A stretch of DNA of 64,000 bases from assembly GCA_963719495.1 (NCBI GenBank), contig CAVRCI010000015.1, positions 1 through 64,000 of the forward strand. Direction: 5' to 3'. Shown here one piece after another: positions 1 through 7,108 of the stretch (position 1 is its first letter; every line of letters begins with the position of its first letter). Position numbers and translations under genes: made by a program. Origin of the DNA: an uncultured Verrucomicrobiae bacterium (GTDB taxonomy: Bacteria; Verrucomicrobiota; Verrucomicrobiia; Chthoniobacterales; JAATET01). The notes beneath the pieces were generated by a model. That model was given only the letters and a program-made list of their open reading frames with translations. It made no database searches and had not been told where the DNA came from.

Positions 1-89
1 GCTTTTTGTTGGAACTGCTCATCTATCCAGTCATCTACTACCTTGCTCGAAGAGTGAACATCGACAGAGAGGTGCGACAGAGAAGCTAG
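1..89 (+). CDS. 3' end of a CusA/CzcA-family heavy-metal RND efflux permease (partial)
   Basis: Frame from nt 3 reads FLLELLIYPVIYYLARRVNIDREVRQRS*, resembling the last TM helix of CusA-type proteins (SFLLELLxYPxIY). Confidence 0.6.
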   Translation, partial: FLLELLIYPVIYYLARRVNIDREVRQRS

Positions 90-350
90 GAATGGTCGAA
101 TAGAGAAATTGTTCAGGTGAGAATGCTTTGAAAATGCTGACCCGGTATCACGGAACGTGTAAATCTGCGGATCGCTACGCGAGCACGTCCGGAGCAAAAC
201 GCGGGAGCGGCGCCACGATTCCGAGTCAGTCTAAGCGAGGAAGAGCGAGGCAAGCTGATAGGGAGTTTTCAAAGATCAGAGTTCCTCGAGGACTCGAGAA
301 GTCAATATTTGTAGAAAAGTTGTAGAGAAACACCAGGCACTGAGTGTTTC

Positions 351-414
351 ACTCGACTCGAAATCGAGCGTGGCAGCGATGTCACCGTGGGTTCGAATCC
401 CACCCCATCCGCCA
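351..414 (+). pseudogene. 5'-truncated tRNA-Ser(CGA); probable att-site duplication
   Basis: Anticodon arm CTCGA-CTCGAAA-TCGAG, long variable arm, T-arm GTGGG-TTCGAAT-CCCAC and 3' CCCATCCGCCA are present; no GGATGGG 5' acceptor strand upstream. Confidence 0.85.
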
Positions 415-804
415 TATCTTTCTCTTACATAATGGCTTGCGACTTGTGGAAATCCCGGATTCCGAGACGCTCCGCTTTCTCCACCTGGCCAGTTTCGCCA
501 GATTCCACCACGTTTTTACCTAAATTTGGGCTACAGAGTGGCTACGAAATTCTGCTGATTTTCCAGGAGCCAGCCTGTGATCTTGAGGTGTCGGACTGCG
601 AGAACCCGAAAATTGGGTCTGCTTAGAATGGCACTGCTTTAAGCACACCGTCGGCAGCTTTTTACTCTTTTGAGCAAGGTTCGAGATCATGAGTTAGAGC
701 ATCCAGAGCAGCATGCACGGAGGGTATTCCTCGAAATGGTTGGAGTTCAAAGCCAATGGAATTTTGCACATTCTTACCGAAAACCCACTTAAAACAGTGG
801 CATT

Positions 805-899
805 CGAGTCAGTCCGTTCATTGGTTCAAAAAAACATTCTACGGGATCTCAGGGCCCTTTGAGCGGGCGATTCTGAACCAATGAACGGTCTGACCCCTC
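805..899. repeat. REPIN/MITE-like element with ~27-bp inverted arms ending in CTGACCCC
   Basis: 805-831 cgagtcagtccgttcattggttcaaaa matches the reverse complement of 871-897 ttctgaaccaatgaacggtctgacccc at 23/27; followed by stutter copies tgacccctcc. Confidence 0.75.
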
Positions 900-939
900 C
901 CATGACCCCTCCCACGCTGCCCCCTCGGCGAGATCGCCG

Positions 940-2187
940 TCACCGCCGAAAAACTTTCAGTTTCAAAACCTGAGATTGGTTTCCCGCCGCGTCGATGGCT
1001 CGGACGCGGATGACCGTCCTTCGTGAATCCTGGTTGGGCCGCACGATTGTCTTCCAGCTTTCATTCCCGCGAGCCGTGCGGGTGCCGCGTTGACCTGAAA
1101 CGCGATAAATCACGCGCGCCACGTCGGTGTCGTCCCCGGCCGTTCCGCGAAAGACGATGCGGTTGCGCTTCGAATCCACGCTCCGCCGTCCTTTAGCGCG
1201 GACCGATGGCCGCGTAACGTCGGGAACTGGCTCCGATTCCGCGCCAAACGAAGCGTCGACCCGGTAGCGAAGGTAACGATCGTTCCCTTGGTCGAGGATC
1301 ACGAGGATGTCGGGACCCGTCAGCGCGACATCGATTGGGCTCCCCGGCTGCCCCGGGCCCGTTCCCGGGAGCTGAAAGCCAAAGTTCAGATCGCCCGACG
1401 GATTAAATTGCTGAATCACTCCCGTCCCGCGATTCGTGACGAACACGTTCCCGTTCTTCCCAACCTGCAATCCGGCCGGGACGTTGAGATCATCGGGATC
1501 CGGGCCGGGCTGGCCCCATTGGAGCTGATAAATTCCACCAGCGCTGAAACGCTGAATCCGATTGCCACCCCGCTCGGAGACGTAAATCTGCCCCGTAACC
1601 TGGTTGATGCTCAATCCACCGGGCTGATTGAACTCGCCGTCTCCCGCGCCCGACGACCCCCACTGCGCCCGATACACGCCATCTGCCGAAAATCGCTGAA
1701 TCCGATCGTTTCCCGTGTCCGCCACGTAAACCTGACCGGAACTCTGGTTGATCGCGATGGCCGCAGGCTGCGTAAATTGCCCATTGCCAGTGCCCGGCCC
1801 GCCCCAGTTCCTGACGAATGCCCCGCCCGCGTCGAACTGCAGCACCCGCTCAGCGTCGCGATCGAGCACGTAAACGTCCCCGGTCGATTGCCGAATCGCT
1901 ACCCCCGCGATGATCTGAAACTTGTCCGGATTGGTCCCGACGGCGCCCCACTGACTCACGTAATTTCCCGCGCGATCAAACCGCTGAACGCGGAAGTTGT
2001 CCGCGTCCGCAACGTAGGTGTCGCCCGTCGTCGGGTTGCCCGCGATCGCGAGAGGCCCCCTGAATTCACCGTTTCCCGATCCGCTCATCCCAGTTTGGCC
2101 CAAGAACGTCACTGATTGCGCCACACTAGCACCGAGCGCAAGGAGGGTGAACGTCGGCACGAGGAAAAGCTGGTGGGAATGAAACAT
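940..2187 (-). CDS. Secreted NHL-repeat beta-propeller protein with basic Ig-like C-terminal domain
   Basis: Signal peptide; repeated GxGxGxFxxPxxIAI...YVADxxNxRIQRF units. Confidence 0.9.
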   Translation of the reverse strand: MFHSHQLFLVPTFTLLALGASVAQSVTFLGQTGMSGSGNGEFRGPLAIAGNPTTGDTYVADADNFRVQRFDRAGNYVSQWGAVGTNPDKFQIIAGVAIRQSTGDVYVLDRDAERVLQFDAGGAFVRNWGGPGTGNGQFTQPAAIAINQSSGQVYVADTGNDRIQRFSADGVYRAQWGSSGAGDGEFNQPGGLSINQVTGQIYVSERGGNRIQRFSAGGIYQLQWGQPGPDPDDLNVPAGLQVGKNGNVFVTNRGTGVIQQFNPSGDLNFGFQLPGTGPGQPGSPIDVALTGPDILVILDQGNDRYLRYRVDASFGAESEPVPDVTRPSVRAKGRRSVDSKRNRIVFRGTAGDDTDVARVIYRVSGQRGTRTARGNESWKTIVRPNQDSRRTVIRVRAIDAAGNQSQVLKLKVFRR

Positions 2188-2280
2188 ATTTTTGAAATGG
2201 GATTAGTCTTAGGACACGGATCGAGCGTCGTCGTTCAATATCGGCCATTACCCGGGTGGTCGCACCCAAGCTTAGCCACT

Positions 2281-3336
2281 GGGGTCAGTCCATACTATTG
2301 ACATGTCTGACTCCGGTCTGAAATGATCGGGAATGGCGAGACCGTTGCGGGTTGAATACGGAGGTGCGCGGTATTATTTGATGAGCCGCGGAGATCGAAG
2401 GGAGAGTATTTTTTGGGATGAGAGGGATCGCGAGCGGTTCATTGAGACGCTGGCGACGATTTGCAAGAAGTGTGGCTGGATCGTCGATGCCTACTGCCTG
2501 ATGCAGAATCATTTTCATTTGGTCGTTGAAACACCACAGCCGATTCTCGTGCTTGGGATGAAGTGGCTACTGGGCACCTACACCATCCGATTCAACGTTC
2601 GCCACAAGCAGAGCGGGCATTTGTTTGCCGGGAGGTATAAATCGATCCTGGTCGATGAAAGCAGCGATCATTATCTACGAGTGGTCTGCGACTACGTGCA
2701 TCTCAATCCAGATCGTGCGGGGCTAATTCCCGATGACGAGCGGTTGGATTCGTATTCGTGGAGCAGTTTTCCGAAGTATTTGGCAAATCCTGACCAGCGA
2801 CCGACGTGGCTGAGGGTGACGCGTCTGCTCGGCGAGCACGGAATTGAGAAAGATGATCGCCAGGGGCGGCGGGAGTTTTCTGCTCGAATGGAGGCAAGGC
2901 GCGCGGATGGAGAGTCGAGCGAATGGCGTCAGATTCGGACTGGATGGCGCTACGGGGCGGAGGATTTTCGGGATCGAATCGATGAGTGGATCTCCCGAGC
3001 GAAACCGTCGGCTCGGAACCACGCGGCCAGCGAGCGTCGTGAAAGCGATGAAGCTCGCGCAAAGACTCTCATCGATGGCGAGCTCGCTAAAGTGGGTTGG
3101 GTCGAGGCCCGTTTGAATCGGGAGAACAAGGGGCATCCGGTCAAAGCGGTGATTGCCGAGGTTCTTCGAGCGCAGACGCCGATGACGATCGACTGGATCG
3201 CGCGGGAATTGAAAATGGGGTCGTGGCGGACGGTGCGGAACCTCCTGCAAGCTCGGCGGAAAAGGCGCGAGATTGAATCGTAAAAATCCCGACACGCATC
3301 AAATTACGTGTCAAAAGTATGGACTGACCCCGTTCC
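2281..3336 (+). mobile_element. RAYT-like element bounded by 23-bp inverted repeats
   Basis: Left ggggtcagtccatactattgaca (2281-2303) vs right tgtcaaaagtatggactgacccc (3309-3331), 22/23 complementary. Confidence 0.85.
2333..3283 (+). CDS. REP-associated tyrosine transposase-like (Y1/HUH) protein with C-terminal HTH-like extension
   Basis: MARPLR start, SRG motif, YCLMxNHFHL (HUH), GHLFxGRYKS, YVHLNP (catalytic Tyr), YSWSS. Confidence 0.92.
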   Translation: MARPLRVEYGGARYYLMSRGDRRESIFWDERDRERFIETLATICKKCGWIVDAYCLMQNHFHLVVETPQPILVLGMKWLLGTYTIRFNVRHKQSGHLFAGRYKSILVDESSDHYLRVVCDYVHLNPDRAGLIPDDERLDSYSWSSFPKYLANPDQRPTWLRVTRLLGEHGIEKDDRQGRREFSARMEARRADGESSEWRQIRTGWRYGAEDFRDRIDEWISRAKPSARNHAASERRESDEARAKTLIDGELAKVGWVEARLNRENKGHPVKAVIAEVLRAQTPMTIDWIARELKMGSWRTVRNLLQARRKRREIES

Positions 3337-3398
3337 TTGAATCGTGAGATCCCGACACGGATCAGACTTCGTGTCAAAAGTATGGACTGACCCCGTTC
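3337..3398 (+). repeat. 5'-truncated copy 2 of the RAYT element (last codons plus right end)
   Basis: ttgaatcg...gacacg-N10-cgtgtcaaaagtatggactgaccccgttc. Confidence 0.9.
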
Positions 3399-3399
3399 T

Positions 3400-3625
3400 C
3401 GTTTGAATCGGGAGAACAAGGGGCATCCGGTCAAAGCGGTGATTGCCGAGGTTCTTCGAGCGCAGACGCCGATGACGATCGACTGGATCGCGCGGGAATT
3501 GAAAATGGGGTCGTGGCGGACGGTGCGGAACCTCCTGCAAGCTCGGCGGAAAAGGCGCGAGATTGAATCGTAAAAATCCCGACACGCATCAAATTACGTG
3601 TCAAAAGTATGGACTGACCCCGTTC
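3400..3625 (+). pseudogene. 5'-truncated copy 3 of the RAYT element
   Basis: Identical to 3110-3335 by eye. Confidence 0.92.
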
Positions 3626-4410
3626 CGTGCTTGGGATGAAGTGGCTACTGGGCACCTACACCATCCGATTCAACGTTCGCCACAAGCAGAGCGGGCATTT
3701 GTTTGCCGGGAGGTATAAATCGATCCTGGTCGATGAAAGCAGCGATCATTATCTACGAGTGGTCTGCGACTACGTGCATCTCAATCCAGATCATGCGGGG
3801 CTTATCCCCGATGACGAGAGGCTGGATTCGTATTCGTGGAGCAGTTTTCCGAAGTATTTGGCAAATCCTGACCAGCGACCGACGTGGCTGAGGGTGACGC
3901 GTCTGCTCGGCGAGCACGGAATTAAGAAAGATGATCGCCAGGGGCGGCGGGAGTTTTCTGCTCGAATGGAGGCCAGACGCGCGGATGGAGAGTCGACCGA
4001 ATCCAGTCAGATTCTGACTGGATGGCGCTTCGGGGCTGAGGATTTCCGGGATCGGATCGATGAATGGATCTCCCGAGCGAAACCGTCGGCTCGGAATCAC
4101 GTGGCCAGCGAGCGGCGTGAAAACGATGAGGCTCGCGCAAAAAATCTCATCGATGGCGAACTCGCAAAATCGGGTTGGGACGAGGCTCGCTTGAATCGGG
4201 AGAGGAAGGGTCATCCGGTCAAAGTAGAGATTGCCGAGGTTCTTCGAGCGCAGACGCCGATGACGATCGACTGGATCGCGCGGGAGTTGAAAATGGGGTC
4301 GTGGCGGACGGTGCGCAACCTCCTGCAAGCTCGGCGGAAAAGGCGTGAGATTGAATCGTGAAATTCCCCGACACGAATAAAATTACGCGTCAAAAGTATG
4401 GACTGACCCC
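3626..4410 (+). pseudogene. 5'-truncated copy 4 of RAYT (lacks HUH, keeps YVHLNP; divergent 3' half)
   Basis: Begins at the equivalent of 2548; ORF 3627-4361; ends gtcaaaagtatggactgacccc. Confidence 0.92.
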
Positions 4411-4423
4411 ATTCCCGGGGAAT

Positions 4424-4484
4424 GGGGTCAGGTGTCAAAACTTGAATATCTGTCGAAGCAGATTGACTTTTGACTCCTGACCCC
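4424..4484. repeat. 61-bp REPIN-like mini-element with GGGGTCAG...CTGACCCC ends
   Basis: ggggtcaggtgtcaaaa ... ttttgactcctgacccc inverted arms. Confidence 0.8.
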
Positions 4485-4490
4485 ATCTCC

Positions 4491-5110
4491 CGGGGCTAAT
4501 CCCCGATGACGAGAGGCTGGATTCGTATCCGTGGAGCAGTTTTCCGAAGTATTTGGCAAATCCTGACCAGCGACCGACGTGGCTGAGGGTGACGCGTCTG
4601 CTCGGCGAGCACGGAATCGAGAAAGATGATCGCCAAGGACGGCGGGAGTTTTCTGCTCGAATGGAGGCAAGGCGCGCGGATGGAGAATCGACCGAATCGA
4701 GTCAGATTCGGACTGGATGGCGCTACGGGGCGGAGGATTTCCGAGATCGAATCGATGAATGGATCTCCGGAGCGAAACCGTCGGCTCGAAATCACGTGGC
4801 CAGCGAGCGGCGTGAAAACGATGAGGCTCGCGCGAAAAATCTCATCGATGGCGAACTCGCAAAATCGGGTTGGGACGAGGCTCGCTTGAATCGGGAGAGG
4901 AAGGGTCATCCGGTCAAAGTAGAGATTGCCGAGGTTCTTCGAGCGCAGACGCCGATGACGATCGACTGGATCGCGCGGGAGTTGAAAATGGGGTCGTGGC
5001 GGACGGTGCGCAACCTTCTGCAAGCTCGGCGGAAAAGGCGTGAGATTGAATCATGAAATTCCCCGACACGAATAAAATTACGTGTCAAAAGTATGGACTG
5101 ACCCCGTTCC
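4491..5110 (+). pseudogene. 5'-truncated copy 5 of RAYT (lacks HUH and catalytic Tyr)
   Basis: Begins at the equivalent of 2718; ends tgtcaaaagtatggactgaccccgttcc, followed by stutter cgttcc / agaccccgttcc. Confidence 0.92.
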
Positions 5111-5144
5111 CGTTCCAGACCCCGTTCCAATTCACGTTTAATGA

Positions 5145-6842
5145 TCATAAGAGTTCAACCGCTACCGCATGAGGCTGCCCATCAAACTCGGAAGGGTAAA
5201 ATTGAACGCTCTTCCCGGATACAATCAGCTGCTCAGGGCCACCTTCCATGACGTCTCTAAAGAGGAACCAATACTCCTTTCCGCCCTCAACAACAATAAA
5301 TCCCGATTGCTTCGAGAGTAGCCCTATCCTACCTCTGATTTTCTTCAGCCACTTGGCGTGGATGACCATCTCTTCGGAAATTTGGGTTGTCCGCTGGATC
5401 CACTCACCCTGAACCGTAGATCTCAACTTGTCGATTCGCTCCGTTTCCTTTATGTAGTGTGTCGGCAGGTCGTGGTTGATGCAGTAAGCATAGTCGAATG
5501 CATAAGTTGCTTTTTTTCTTCCAGCTCCGGCATCGACGATATTCAAGAGATTCGACTCATCCAACTTGGAAGCATACTTAAGGAGAATTGGCGATTTGTA
5601 AGGAAACTGAAATCTAAAGGTTGACCTGCTTCGACATACTTTTGCGATGTCTTCGAGAAATTCCCGCTCGCCCACCGAATATATTCCCTCTGAGTGGTGT
5701 GATTGAGTCTTTAAAGCCGTTAAAACATTTTCGGCACTGACCTTCTCTCCACCGCGAGTTGCGTCAAATGCTGCTGACATGGATTGGTCTAATGTTTGAA
5801 CCAAGCGTCGCATGTTGCCTCCGGAAGCAAATATAATTTGCTCAAGAGCATCGGCACATCCGTCTTCATGGAGTTGGAAGATGCTCCTGGGAAGAAATTT
5901 GGTCTGCGCTGCTCTAGTCACATATCTTTCGATTAATGCTAAAGCTTTGCGGCGAAATTGCTCATATCCGACATTGTCGAATACGTTTTCGCTCAACTCT
6001 ACTACATCGCCATAACGCGTCTCAAAAAGAATATCAGCCGGAGTATTCGGATAAATCGCAATTTTGGTTCGAATAAACTCTGTCGTTCTAAGCTGATTCA
6101 TTAGAGTCTCGAAAAGCGATAGCCCTCCAGAATCTGCAAAGAATGATTTTGCTAATGACCCTGCCTCGTCTAGTAGAAGCAATATCTTCCCGCCAGATGC
6201 CTCCAGTAGGTGTGAATACGCATGCTGAATGTCGCTAATTCCTGGCTGAGCTTTCGATTTTATCTCCGTGACATGCTCTTTTTCGTATTGGAATGATGCC
6301 GCAATTATATCATAATTAAGGCCGCCTTGGCTGGAAAAATTCTTTGTTATGACCTGACGATACTCTTCTGCCGTTAGCTTTATAAGCTTTTCTACCATCG
6401 GGGACAAGTTTGCAGGTCCAAGGCATCCATCGGGAAGGGCCTGTATCCCTTGGTGAATATCCGCCATTCGCGAAGCATTACGGATGTCTTTATACGCTTG
6501 TATTATCCCCTCGATGATTCGAATGATTATACCATTGTATATCTTTATAGGCTCACGAATGTGCTGGAACTCGTTTAGTTTTATCGAAATGGGTATGATG
6601 GGTGGTTCTTCATTCAAGAGCGCGGGGACGATTCCGAACATATGATACGCGAAGTTAGCTCTCAGATACATTGTTTTACCTGATCCCATCCTTCCTTTTA
6701 TGATCGTATTTCCGAAACCGAATGGGTTGTCTAGTTCGCGGAGCGGATCGACGAAGAGATCGAGAATTTCTGACAAAGGGTAATCGTCAGCATTTCGACT
6801 TCGAAACGGTCTACTTTCAAACGCTGTTCGTATATCAGTCAT
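5145..6842 (-). CDS. P-loop ATPase (ORC/CDC6-like or STAND-like) with C-terminal cold-shock-like OB domain
   Basis: Walker A GRMGSGKT, Walker B LLLLDEAG, SGGNMRR; C-terminus GRI...SGFIVVEGGKEYWF...GKSVQF...AVAV; visibly AT-rich relative to flanks. Confidence 0.75.
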   Translation of the reverse strand: MTDIRTAFESRPFRSRNADDYPLSEILDLFVDPLRELDNPFGFGNTIIKGRMGSGKTMYLRANFAYHMFGIVPALLNEEPPIIPISIKLNEFQHIREPIKIYNGIIIRIIEGIIQAYKDIRNASRMADIHQGIQALPDGCLGPANLSPMVEKLIKLTAEEYRQVITKNFSSQGGLNYDIIAASFQYEKEHVTEIKSKAQPGISDIQHAYSHLLEASGGKILLLLDEAGSLAKSFFADSGGLSLFETLMNQLRTTEFIRTKIAIYPNTPADILFETRYGDVVELSENVFDNVGYEQFRRKALALIERYVTRAAQTKFLPRSIFQLHEDGCADALEQIIFASGGNMRRLVQTLDQSMSAAFDATRGGEKVSAENVLTALKTQSHHSEGIYSVGEREFLEDIAKVCRSRSTFRFQFPYKSPILLKYASKLDESNLLNIVDAGAGRKKATYAFDYAYCINHDLPTHYIKETERIDKLRSTVQGEWIQRTTQISEEMVIHAKWLKKIRGRIGLLSKQSGFIVVEGGKEYWFLFRDVMEGGPEQLIVSGKSVQFYPSEFDGQPHAVAVELL

Positions 6843-7108
6843 GTTGTTATTACTCCTATAGCAGATCGTCGAATTTTGTTGAATTAGGGGAGGGGGTTTG
6901 CGATCCGTAGGTGCAGCGATCAGGGTTTGTGATTCATTTTGACCCGCTGCCCATTTGAGTTGGCTGCTGGGTCAGGTAAATCCTATGTGAGAAAGTTTGG
7001 GAAGTGCGGCTTTGTCGTTGGGTTGGTTCGGCGACTGGAAGTCGCCGCTCCTTGAATTATCTCTCAACCATCAACTCTCAACTATGAACCGGGACCCTGG
7101 GTCACCAC

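Noticed and set aside
330..414. Functional full-length tRNA-Ser
   Set aside because: The 5' acceptor strand and a proper D-arm are missing.
3284..5128. CRISPR array or DGR interpretation of the repeated terminal motif
   Set aside because: Intervening sequences are 60-800-bp pieces of the transposase itself; no cas or reverse transcriptase gene in the window; differences are not confined to adenines.
6930..6983. Imperfect TGACCC...GGGTCA hairpin upstream of the ATPase
   Set aside because: Weak pairing and inward-facing orientation unlike the CTGACCCC elements; cannot be assigned.
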